Positions 27,342 to 36,222 of a stretch of DNA of 64,000 nt are shown one piece after another. The DNA lies in assembly GCA_036012755.1 (NCBI GenBank), contig DASCPX010000014.1, forward strand, positions 32,001-96,000, in the 5' to 3' direction. The DNA is from Myxococcota bacterium. Its GTDB lineage: Bacteria; Myxococcota_A; UBA796; CAJQPC01. Within the stretch, counting starts at the first letter, position 1. Each line of letters begins with the position of its first letter. A program made the position numbers and the translations under genes. The notes below the pieces were generated by a model. The model saw only the letters and a program-made list of their open reading frames with translations. It searched no databases and was not told where the DNA came from.

Positions 27342-28708
27342 GGACAGCTCTCGCGGCCGCGCTGGTCGCGATGTTCCTGGCGCTGAACATCGCCTGGCTC
27401 GGCCAGGACCGACTCGTCAGGGACGGGGACGAGGAGGGCCACGTCGGCGCGGCCGAGATGTTCGTCCAGGACCTGCGGGAGGGGAACCTGCACCACTTCG
27501 TGCAGCGCAGCGTCTACGAGGACATGGGCGACTACCCCTCGCTCTACCCGGCAGCCGTCGGAGCGTGGTGGCACCTCAGCGGTCGAGGCCAGCCCGGGGA
27601 CGCTCCGGTCCGCGCCGTGAACCTCTTCTTCCTCCTGGTCTGCGCGGCCGCGGTGGCAGGCACCGCCGCACTCCTCGGCGCACGGGAGGGGGCGCTGGTG
27701 GGAGGCGCGGCCGTCCTCTTCCTGCCGCTGTCAGCGGGCCTGTCGCGACACTTCATGCCGGAGGGAGCGCTGGCGGCGGCCGTCGCGCTGGCGATCCTCG
27801 CCGCCGCCTGGCAGAGACGTCGCCCTGGCTGGGGCTCCGCGCTCTTGCTGGGCGTGGCGCTCGGGGTGGGCTTCCTCACGAAGCAGACCGTCCTGCTCTA
27901 CGCGGTCGTGCCCGTGCTGGTGCTGATCCGCCCTCATCGAAGCCTGGTCGCCCTCCCGGTCGGAGCCCTCGTCGCCCTGCCGTGGGCGCTGAACAACCTG
28001 GGCGAGCAGCTCGACTACGCGTCCCAGAGCGCGGGCTATCCGGGAGCCCTGAGCGACCACGTCCTCTACTACCCCCAAGCGCTCTGGCAGCCCGCGCTGG
28101 GTCCGGTGTGGCTCCTGCTGCTGGCAGCGGCGCTGGTCGCCGCGGGCAAGCCCCGAGGCCGCGCTCCCGTGATCGTCGGCCTCGCCTGGCTGGTAGGCGG
28201 TGTCGTCCTGTTGACCTTCGTCCCGAAGAAGTACGACCGCCTCCTGGTGCCACTGCTGCCCGCCGCCGGCCTGATCCTCGCCGCCGGTGTCCAGGCCCGC
28301 CCTCGCTGGGCTCCGGTCGTGCTCGCCGGGGTCGGCTGGACCGCGTGGGTGAGCTTCGCCGAGCTGTCCCTGTCCGGCCCGAACCCCCGCGCGCAGGCCT
28401 TCCACCCGGGCTGCGTCCAGGTGTGGCTGCGTCCCCCGGTGGACGCGGACCTTGGCTACGAAGCCGTCGCGGACTTCGCGCGGGGGGCGAGCCCGGGGCC
28501 GGTCCGGGTGATCGACGCCCCCGAGATCGACTGCAGCGTGCAGACCACCCACGGCTGGGCCTACCACCTGGGCCCCTACCTGCGGCGCGAGGGCCTCGAC
28601 CGCGAGGTCGTGGAGGAGGGACGCGGCATGGTCACCGTCGACTTCTCCGGAGGCCCCGGTGAGCCAGTGGAGATCCCGCTGCTGCAGAGCAGGTTCACCC
28701 TGCGGTGA
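27338..28708 (+). CDS. ArnT/PMT-like (GT39) membrane glycosyltransferase
   Basis: DGDEEGH acidic loop, DYPSLY, FMPEGAL, GFLTKQT, KYDRLLVPLLP; GTGA overlap. Confidence 0.75.
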   Translation: MRTALAAALVAMFLALNIAWLGQDRLVRDGDEEGHVGAAEMFVQDLREGNLHHFVQRSVYEDMGDYPSLYPAAVGAWWHLSGRGQPGDAPVRAVNLFFLLVCAAAVAGTAALLGAREGALVGGAAVLFLPLSAGLSRHFMPEGALAAAVALAILAAAWQRRRPGWGSALLLGVALGVGFLTKQTVLLYAVVPVLVLIRPHRSLVALPVGALVALPWALNNLGEQLDYASQSAGYPGALSDHVLYYPQALWQPALGPVWLLLLAAALVAAGKPRGRAPVIVGLAWLVGGVVLLTFVPKKYDRLLVPLLPAAGLILAAGVQARPRWAPVVLAGVGWTAWVSFAELSLSGPNPRAQAFHPGCVQVWLRPPVDADLGYEAVADFARGASPGPVRVIDAPEIDCSVQTTHGWAYHLGPYLRREGLDREVVEEGRGMVTVDFSGGPGEPVEIPLLQSRFTLR

Positions 28709-29637
28709 AGGTCAGCTGGCTTCTTCCAGTCCGGGACGACCCCCGTCTCGCAGAAGCGCTGGCCTCGATCGAGCTGGAGCCCGGGGACGAGGTCGTCGTG
28801 GTCGATGACGGCAGCCTGGTGCCGGTGCCCGGCGCCATCCGACAGCCCGCGAGTGGACTCGTCGCAGCGCTGGAGCGGGGTCGCGCCCGGTGCCGCAACC
28901 CGCTGATCGCCAGGCTCGACGCCGACGACCTTGCCCTGCCCGGCCGGATCGGGGCCCAGCGGCGTTTCCTGCGCGACCACCCGGAGGTCGCCGCGGTCGG
29001 AGGACGGGCACGCATCGAGTCGGCGACCCCCGGGATGCAGGCCTACGTCGACTGGGTCAACACCTGCGACGTGAACAGCGAGATCGGCGTGGAGAGCCCC
29101 CTGTTCCACCCCGCCGTGACCTTCCGCGCCGAGGCCGTCGAGGCCGTCGGCGGCTACCGCGCGTTGCTCGCCGGAGAGCCCATCCCAGAGGACTACGACC
29201 TCTGGCTTCGCCTGCACGCAGCGGGATGGAGGCTCGGTCGGGTCGAGGAGGAGGTCCTGCTGATCCGCGATCACCCGGAGCGCCTGACGCGCACCCACCC
29301 CGCCTACACGCGCGCGGCCTTCCAGCTCACACGCCAGGCCCACTTCGGAGCCCTGCTGAGGGGCCGCAGGGTCGCCGTCTATGGGGCTGGAAAGCGAGGC
29401 CGTGCCTGGCTGCGCCTGCTGGAGGAGGTCGAGGCGGAGCTGGTGGGACTGGTCGATGTCAAGCCCGGAGGTACCCGCCGTGGCCACTCGATCCGACCGA
29501 TCGAGGCCCTGGGCGAGCTGGACTTCGATGTCCTGCTCGTGGCGATTCCGCGCAGGGCGCTCGCCGAGTCTCGGGCGGCGATCCACCGTCTCCGCGGCGA
29601 TCTCGTGGAGGGAACGGACTGGTGGGCCGTGGGCTGA
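28705..29637 (+). CDS. Glycosyltransferase family 2 with C-terminal Rossmann-like domain
   Basis: LLPVRD, VVVDDGS, ARLDADD, HPAV, PEDYDLWLR, VYGAGKRG. Confidence 0.88.
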   Translation: MKVSWLLPVRDDPRLAEALASIELEPGDEVVVVDDGSLVPVPGAIRQPASGLVAALERGRARCRNPLIARLDADDLALPGRIGAQRRFLRDHPEVAAVGGRARIESATPGMQAYVDWVNTCDVNSEIGVESPLFHPAVTFRAEAVEAVGGYRALLAGEPIPEDYDLWLRLHAAGWRLGRVEEEVLLIRDHPERLTRTHPAYTRAAFQLTRQAHFGALLRGRRVAVYGAGKRGRAWLRLLEEVEAELVGLVDVKPGGTRRGHSIRPIEALGELDFDVLLVAIPRRALAESRAAIHRLRGDLVEGTDWWAVG

Positions 29638-29646
29638 GAGCTGAGG

Positions 29647-29652
29647 TAGACT
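29647..29652 (+). promoter_or_regulatory. Putative -10 hexamer TAGACT, 6 nt before ATG 29659
   Basis: Recurrent motif. Confidence 0.45.
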
Positions 29653-29658
29653 CGGCGC

Positions 29659-29853
29659 ATGAGCGACCTCGAAGCCAAGGGCCCGAAGCTCCCAGAGGGA
29701 CAGCGCGGCCTCCTCCGCGAGTTCTGGGAATTCATCGTGCACGAGAAGGCCTGGTGGATGACGCCGATCATCGTCGTCCTCGTCCTGATGGTGGCCTTCA
29801 TCCTGTGGGCCGAAGCCAGCCCGGTGCTGCCCTTCATCTACACGGTCTTCTAG
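29659..29853 (+). CDS. DUF5989 (SxtK-like) small membrane protein
   Basis: LLREFWEF...KAWWMTPII...SPVLPFIYTVF. Confidence 0.85.
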   Translation: MSDLEAKGPKLPEGQRGLLREFWEFIVHEKAWWMTPIIVVLVLMVAFILWAEASPVLPFIYTVF

Positions 29854-29864
29854 TGCTGCCCTTG

Positions 29865-30095
29865 ATGAAGCGCATCTGGCGCGCCTGGAAGGGCGTGGCC
29901 CACAAGATCATCTCGGCTCAGAACTTCGTCCTGATGTCGGGGGTCTACTGGTTCGCCGTGGCCCCGGTGGCCATCTGCATGAAGCTGATTCGGTTCCGGC
30001 TGCTGAGTACGCCGAGCGCCTCTGAAGAGGTGGACTCGTACTGGGAGGACAAGGAAGGGCTGCTGTCGATGGACCGCGCCCAGAAGATGTTCTGA
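29865..30095 (+). CDS. SxtJ-like small membrane protein
   Basis: WRAWKGVAHKI...VYWFAVAPVA...DSYW...KMF; adjacent to the DUF5989 gene. Confidence 0.7.
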   Translation: MKRIWRAWKGVAHKIISAQNFVLMSGVYWFAVAPVAICMKLIRFRLLSTPSASEEVDSYWEDKEGLLSMDRAQKMF

Positions 30096-30169
30096 GGCGA
30101 GGCCCTCCTACCCGTTGACGAGAGGTGGTGAGCCCCATACCGCCCGGATACGCCCCGTCGTCGCTTGGA

Positions 30170-31531
30170 GTGCTGCTTCTCTTGTATCTGCTGACGCTTC
30201 TGACCACGGCTTCCGCAGCCGAGGTCGAGTTCCATGGTCACTACCGAGCTCGCGGACTCATCTACGACAGCCTGTCGCTGTCCGAGGACAACCCGAACCT
30301 GCTGGGGCGGACGAGCTTCGTCGACCATCGCCTGCGGCTGTCCCCGGCGATCCACGCCTCCAGTCGCGTAGGCGTGTTCGCGCAGATCGACATGCTGCCG
30401 CTGACGGTCTGGGGGGACTCGACGAACACCTGGACCGACCCGGTCACCGGCGACGCGATCGCCATGGCGTACGCGGATGGCGTGGCGCCCTACGGCGACG
30501 CCGCCGACGGGACCTCCTACCTCAGGAACATCCAGCTCACGCGGGCCTACGCGGACGTCTACACCGAGTACGGGCGTGTGCGCTTCGGCCGCATGCCGAT
30601 CGACTGGGGCGCAGGCGTGCTCTTCGATGACGGCAACGACCCCCTCGACGAGTACGGCGACACCGGCGACCGGCTCCAGTTCACGACCCGGGTCGGCCCG
30701 GTCTACGTGATGGGCGCATACGAGCTCATCAACGAGGGACTCCTCGACCGGGACGAGCTCGAGGACGCGATGAACGCCGCGGACCTTGCCGTCGCGTGGC
30801 AGACCGAGACCCTCGGCGTGGGCCTCTACAACCGCCTCCGCTTCCAGGGAAGCCCCCAGTTCCGCGCCTACAACGGCAGCGTCTGGGCGCACGTGGAGAT
30901 GGGCCCCGCGAACGTCGACGCAGAGATCGTCGGCGTCTTCGGTCGCGGTGACCTCGACACCGGCGTCAACGACATCCAGATCATGGCTGCCGGCGGCGTG
31001 ATCGAGGGCAGCATCGACATCGACAAGATCTACGGCGGCCTCCAGTTCGGCCTCGCGACGGGCGACACGGACCCCAACGACAACGTGCTGCGGACCTTCA
31101 CCTTCGACCGCGACTACAACATCGCGCTGATGATGTTCGAGGAGCCGATGCCGGTCCTCGCCCCCGCCGTGATCAACGACGCCAACGGAGGTCGCGACCT
31201 CGACGCGGTGCGGACCGGCGACGGAATCTCCAACGCGCTCTTCCTGCGACCCCACATCGGCTACCACCTTCGCCCGGATCTTTCCGCGGACCTCGCCTAC
31301 ATCGGGGCCCGCGCACTCCAGCTGCCAGAGGACGAGCAAGCGGACCGCGGCTACGGCCAGGAGTTCGACCTGTCGCTGACCTACAGCCCCTTCGAGCACT
31401 TCTCCGCGACGGGCACCGCCGGAGCCTTCCTGCCAGGCCCCTACTACGAGAACTACGAACACGAGACCCTGGGCGGCGACTTCGACGCGCCCTCCTTCGG
31501 GGGACGGCTCGTGCTCACCGCCGAGTTCTGA
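30170..31531 (+). CDS. Outer-membrane beta-barrel protein (alginate-export/porin-like)
   Basis: Signal peptide, FHGHYRAR, RFGRMPIDWGAG, FTFDRDYNIAL, YGQEFDL, terminal Phe; start may instead be 30125. Confidence 0.75.
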   Translation: MLLLLYLLTLLTTASAAEVEFHGHYRARGLIYDSLSLSEDNPNLLGRTSFVDHRLRLSPAIHASSRVGVFAQIDMLPLTVWGDSTNTWTDPVTGDAIAMAYADGVAPYGDAADGTSYLRNIQLTRAYADVYTEYGRVRFGRMPIDWGAGVLFDDGNDPLDEYGDTGDRLQFTTRVGPVYVMGAYELINEGLLDRDELEDAMNAADLAVAWQTETLGVGLYNRLRFQGSPQFRAYNGSVWAHVEMGPANVDAEIVGVFGRGDLDTGVNDIQIMAAGGVIEGSIDIDKIYGGLQFGLATGDTDPNDNVLRTFTFDRDYNIALMMFEEPMPVLAPAVINDANGGRDLDAVRTGDGISNALFLRPHIGYHLRPDLSADLAYIGARALQLPEDEQADRGYGQEFDLSLTYSPFEHFSATGTAGAFLPGPYYENYEHETLGGDFDAPSFGGRLVLTAEF

Positions 31532-32370
31532 TGGAGGGCGTCCACACCGCGCTCGTCACGCCCTTTTCGGGCGGGGGCGTGGACCTCGACGCCTACCGAC
31601 ACCTCGCCATCCGTCAGCTCGACAACGGGGTCGATGGCCTCGTCCCCTGCGGCACGACCGGCGAGATGCCCACCCTGACGAGGGCCGAGTGGGCCGCCTG
31701 CATCCGCGCGGCGGTCGAGGTCGCCGACGGCGCCCACGTCACGGCGGGGATCGGCACGAACTGCACCGCGACGAGCGTGGACAACGCACACAGAGCCCTC
31801 GATCTGGGGGCGAGCAAGGGGCTCTTGGTGCTGCCCTACTACAACAAGCCGAGCCCGCGCGGGCACAAGGCACACGTCGCTGCGGTCGCTGCGGTCGGGC
31901 TACCCCTGGTCCTCTACCACGTGCCCGGCCGCACCGGTCAGCGCCTGCCCGTCTCCCTGCTCGCGGAGCTCTGCGAGCTCGACGGCGTGGTCGCAGCGAA
32001 GGAGGCCACCGGCGACCTCCGCTACGGCTCGGAGCTCACCGCCACCACGAGCGTCTCGGTGCTCAGCGGGGACGACTTCACCTTCTTTCCGCTCATCGCG
32101 GTGGGGGCGCTCGGCGTCATCTCGGTCGTGTCGAACGTCGCCCCGAGGATCACGACGCAGCTCTGCGCCGCTGCTCGCGCCGGAGAGCTGGACGAGGCGC
32201 GCGAGCTGCACAATCGCCTCATGCCGCTGGTCGAGTGGCTGTTCTCGGACACGAACCCCGCTCCCTGCAAGGCGGCGATGGCCGCGATGGGCCTCTGCGA
32301 AGACGAGGTCCGCCTACCCCTGGCGCCGGTCTCGTCCCCGCCACCGGAGCTGCTGGAGGGTCTCTCATGA
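31531..32370 (+). CDS. dapA: 4-hydroxy-tetrahydrodipicolinate synthase
   Basis: TALVTPF, CGTTGE, PYYNKP, YHVPGRTG, KEATG, SGDD, NPAPCK. Confidence 0.95.
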   Translation: MEGVHTALVTPFSGGGVDLDAYRHLAIRQLDNGVDGLVPCGTTGEMPTLTRAEWAACIRAAVEVADGAHVTAGIGTNCTATSVDNAHRALDLGASKGLLVLPYYNKPSPRGHKAHVAAVAAVGLPLVLYHVPGRTGQRLPVSLLAELCELDGVVAAKEATGDLRYGSELTATTSVSVLSGDDFTFFPLIAVGALGVISVVSNVAPRITTQLCAAARAGELDEARELHNRLMPLVEWLFSDTNPAPCKAAMAAMGLCEDEVRLPLAPVSSPPPELLEGLS

Positions 32371-33104
32371 GGGTCGCGATCAACGGCGCCGCCGGGCGCA
32401 TGGGCATGCTGCTGGTCGCGGACGTGATGGAGGCAGAGGACCTCGTCCTCGCCGGAGCCACCGACGCGGCGGAGGGCTTCCCGAGCCCCGCACCAGGGGT
32501 GCTCGACGACGCCCAGGTCGTCATCGACTTCTCCCTGCCGGAGGGGACCGAGGCGCTGCTGGACTGCCTCGTTCGCGAGATGCCCCTGGTCATCGGCACC
32601 ACCGGCCTCGGCCCCAGTGTCGGCGAAGCAATAGAGGAGCGCGGGACCCGCGCGCCGATCGTGCTGGCCAGCAACTTCTCGACGGGCATCACGCTGCTGA
32701 ACTCGCTGGTCGCCCGGGCCGCTGCGACCCTCCCCGACTTCCACGTCGAGATCGTCGAGATGCACCACGAGTTCAAGCGTGACGCCCCGAGCGGCACGGC
32801 GTTGACCCTGGGTCGCGCGGTGGCGGACGCCCGGGACGAGGAGCTGGGCCGCCTGGCGGTTCATGGTCGTCTGGGCGAGACCGGCATCCGCAGCGACGAG
32901 GAGATCGGCTTCCACGCTCTGCGGGGCGGCGACATCTCCGGCGAGCACACGGTCTACCTCGCAGGCCCCGGGGAGCGCTTGAAGCTCGCGCACCTCGCCA
33001 CCTCGCGGCAGGCCTTCGCCAGCGGCGCTCTCCGAGCTGCACGCTGGGTCGTCGGGCGTCCCCCCGGGCTCTACGACATGCGAGATGTGCTCGGTCTGCG
33101 CTGA
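32367..33104 (+). CDS. dapB: 4-hydroxy-tetrahydrodipicolinate reductase
   Basis: GAAGRMG, IDFS, GTTG, NFSTG, EMHHEFKRDAPSGTA; ATGA overlap with dapA. Confidence 0.95.
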   Translation: MRVAINGAAGRMGMLLVADVMEAEDLVLAGATDAAEGFPSPAPGVLDDAQVVIDFSLPEGTEALLDCLVREMPLVIGTTGLGPSVGEAIEERGTRAPIVLASNFSTGITLLNSLVARAAATLPDFHVEIVEMHHEFKRDAPSGTALTLGRAVADARDEELGRLAVHGRLGETGIRSDEEIGFHALRGGDISGEHTVYLAGPGERLKLAHLATSRQAFASGALRAARWVVGRPPGLYDMRDVLGLR

Positions 33105-33136
33105 GGCTGTGGCATCGTGCCCATCGGAAGGTGGGC

Positions 33137-34797
33137 ATGCTCCTGGGTCTCCTGGTCTCGGCCATCGCAGGACAGGCCACCCAGGCCCGGTGCTCGAGGA
33201 CGAGCCCGACCCGATCGCGGTGGTCATCAGCGGCGGCGTCACCCGCGGCGCCTACCAGGGGGGCCAGACCTGGATGATCACAGAGGCGCTCAAGCGCGCG
33301 AAGAAGGCCGAGCGCGTCGAGGAGGTCGCCTTCGCCGACTCCAGCGCCGGCAGCATCAACGCGCTGCTCGCCGCCACCGCCTTGATCCAGGAGCCCATCG
33401 CCGAGGCGCCGGTGCCGGAGGAGTCCCTCTTCTTCGAGGCGTGGGTACCGATGGGGCTCACCAACGACGAGCGCTCCGTCGACTACCACCCACCCAGCTA
33501 CCCGGGCGAGGACACCGAGGCGGTCGCTGGGCTGCGTCTGACAGCGGACGACGGCGTGATCTCCCACCACGCCTTCGCCCTCGTGCTCGATGCCCTCGAC
33601 GAGACCTGGCAGCCGGAGGAGCACGCAGGCGTCTTCGACGAGGTCCTCGTAGGGCTCACCGCCGCCCGCCTCGAGGCGGAGAGCGACAAGACCGGCATGA
33701 TCCGAGAGGTCAACGAGGCCTTCGCCTTCCTCCTCGAGCGAGACGAGGAAGAGGCCCGCGTGATGGACCTCGAGTGCCCCGGAGACGACCCGGAGGAGTG
33801 CGACGCAGAGGACCTCGTCCTCCAGTGGCGCCGGGACTCCGTGCCCTACAGGGCGATGAGCACCTTCGTGAAGCCCTCGTCCGGCATCCCGATCGCCTTC
33901 CCGCTCTGGTCGCTGGACTGCGACGAGTACGAGCGGCTCTCCCTCTGGCCGCGACAGTGCCACAGCGGAGAGGGGCGGGATCCGATCCTGCTCATGGACG
34001 GCGGGACATTCGACGGAAACCCGATGGAGGTGGCACGGAGGCTCGTCACCCGCCCCGGCACCGACCCCGACCCCTTCTTCATCTTCCTCGACCCCGATTT
34101 GGAGTTCAACCCGGAGAAAGACCCGCTCCCGGCCGAGTCATCGAGCGCCGAGCGGGTCGAGGCGCTCTTGTCCGGCTTCGTCACCACGGCGCGCATGCAG
34201 AACCTGACGGACTTCCGGCGAGACCAGCGCGAGGCCTTCGAGGACACGCTCTTCATCCAGACCCGCACGGTGCCCATCGCCGCCTACATGGGCAACTTCT
34301 ACGGCATCTTCGACCGCTCCTTCCGGGTCTGGGACTTCTACGCGGGAGTCTGGGACACGACCACGCAGCTCGGTCTAAGGAAGGCCAATGTCGGGCTCAT
34401 CGTGGAGCCGAACAGCAAGCCCTATCTCGCCGTCGCGCAGGTGCTCGAGGCCGCCGGGGCGGTGCGTCAACAGTGGCGAGACAAGGACGCGGACTGCCAA
34501 GCCATCAGACTGCGCCTGGCCGAGGAGACCGACCTGTCCGGACGCTGGGTGCCCCATCCGCGGGACCTGCCCGGCGGCGGGCCGAACCACTGGGGCGGCC
34601 TCGCCCTGGACGCGGGGGTCGGCTACGCCTGGAACCTCCGCGACGCCGCGATCAGCCCGACCGCCCTGTTCGGCTTCGGCCTCAGCGGAGCGGTGCTCGC
34701 GGGTGATGCTCCAGAGGACTTCGCCGACCACCCCACCCCCGAGCTGGTCTTCGAGATCGGCGTACGCCGCCAGCCCAGCGGCCTCCAACTGCGATGA
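33137..34797 (+). CDS. Secreted patatin-like phospholipase, apparent 1-nt deletion at CCC 33186-33188
   Basis: Signal MLLGLLVSAIAGQATQA is in one frame; SGGVTRGAYQGG, DSSAGSIN and MDGGTFDGNP are in the -1 frame. Confidence 0.65.
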
Positions 34798-35768
34798 CTC
34801 CACCGCTGTCGGTGGCACCGATGATGGAGCGCACGGACCGCCACTTCCGGGTGCTCCTGCGTCAGGTCACGCGGCGATGCCTGCTCTACACGGAGATGGT
34901 CGTGGCCCAGGCCATCCTGCGTGGAGATGCCAGGCGCCACCTGGAGTTCTCGGACATCGAGCACCCGATCTCGCTGCAGCTCGGAGGCGACGACCCGGCC
35001 ATGCTGGCCGAGTGCGCCAGGGCTGCCGAGGGCTTCGGCTACGACGAGGTCGACCTCAACGTCGGCTGCCCCAGCGACCGAGTCCAGAGCGGACACTTCG
35101 GTGTCTGCCTCATGGCCACCCCAGAGCTCGTCGCCGACTGCGTGCGCGCGATGAAGGAGGCCTGCTCGATGCCGGTCACGGTCAAGCACCGCATCGGCTT
35201 CGACGAGCAGGACACCTACGAGCAGATGCTGCGCTTCGTCGACACGGTCGCAGAGGCCGGGTGCGACCGCTTCACGGTGCATGCGCGCAAGGCCTGGCTG
35301 CAAGGGCTCTCGCCGAGAGAGAACCGCGAGGTCCCGCCCCTGCGCTACGAGGACGTCTACCGACTCAAGCGCGAGCGACCCCAGCTGGCCGTCGAACTCA
35401 ACGGCGGCGTCACGACGCTGGATGCCGTGGAGGCCCACCTCGAGATGGTCGACGCCGTGATGCTCGGCCGCGCCGCCTACGACGACCCGATGCTGCTGTC
35501 CACCGCCGACAGCCGCTTCTTCGGAGGAGACGACCCGGGCCTCTGTCGCGTCCAGATCGTCGAGGCGATGGCTGCCTACGCCTCTGAGAGGATCGACGCC
35601 GGTGACCGCCTGGGGCACGTCGCGCGCCACCTGCTGAACCTCTTCCACGGCAGACCCGGGGCCCGCAAGTTCAGGCGCCACCTCTCTCGGCACGCGCACA
35701 GACCAGGGGCCGGCGCCTCCGTCCTGCTGGACGCGCTCGAGCTGATCCCGGCTACTGCATCCGGTTGA
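34794..35768 (+). CDS. dusA: tRNA-dihydrouridine(20/20a) synthase
   Basis: SVAPMM, YTEMV, LQLGG, LNVGCPSDRVQSGHFG, VKHRIG, HARKAWLQGLSPRENREVPPL, MLGRAAY. Confidence 0.93.
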   Translation: MTPPLSVAPMMERTDRHFRVLLRQVTRRCLLYTEMVVAQAILRGDARRHLEFSDIEHPISLQLGGDDPAMLAECARAAEGFGYDEVDLNVGCPSDRVQSGHFGVCLMATPELVADCVRAMKEACSMPVTVKHRIGFDEQDTYEQMLRFVDTVAEAGCDRFTVHARKAWLQGLSPRENREVPPLRYEDVYRLKRERPQLAVELNGGVTTLDAVEAHLEMVDAVMLGRAAYDDPMLLSTADSRFFGGDDPGLCRVQIVEAMAAYASERIDAGDRLGHVARHLLNLFHGRPGARKFRRHLSRHAHRPGAGASVLLDALELIPATASG

Positions 35769-36222
35769 AGGGGAAGGTGTCCACTTCGTAGCCGATGCGT
35801 TGGTAGGCGAAGCCCACAGCGAGGTAGGCGGCGCCTGTCCCGACGATGGCTCCTGCGACCCCGCCGAGGAGCGCTGGGCGGATGCGCTTCGGCAGCGTCG
35901 CGTCCGTCCAGCCGTGGCGGTAGCCGTTGGAGTACTGCCAGGTCTGCTCCCCATCCTCCGAGTCGCTCGGGCCCCTGATCGAGTAGGCGACCGAGGTCGA
36001 CATCGCTCCCGCGACGATGCAGGGAGAGGCAAGGCAGGGACCCACGAGGGTCGTTCCGAGAGCGGCCGTCCCGAACCCGGCGGCGAAACCGACGAGCCCG
36101 GGGCGACCGCGGGGCTTGGCCTCGGCGGCGTCGTAGCCGGCGTGGTAGCCCAACTGGTATGGGCTGGTCGTTTCCACGCTCGGCTCCGACCCCCGCGCGA
36201 GGCCGGCCAGCAGCAGGATCAC
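35752..36222 (-). CDS. Hypothetical membrane/exported protein
   Basis: GTGA overlap with the upstream gene; hydrophobic Gly-rich segments. Confidence 0.62.
   Translation of the reverse strand: MILLLAGLARGSEPSVETTSPYQLGYHAGYDAAEAKPRGRPGLVGFAAGFGTAALGTTLVGPCLASPCIVAGAMSTSVAYSIRGPSDSEDGEQTWQYSNGYRHGWTDATLPKRIRPALLGGVAGAIVGTGAAYLAVGFAYQRIGYEVDTFPFNRMQ

Noticed and set aside
29659..30095. Saxitoxin biosynthesis
   Set aside because: SxtJ/SxtK-like proteins are widespread; no other sxt genes are present.
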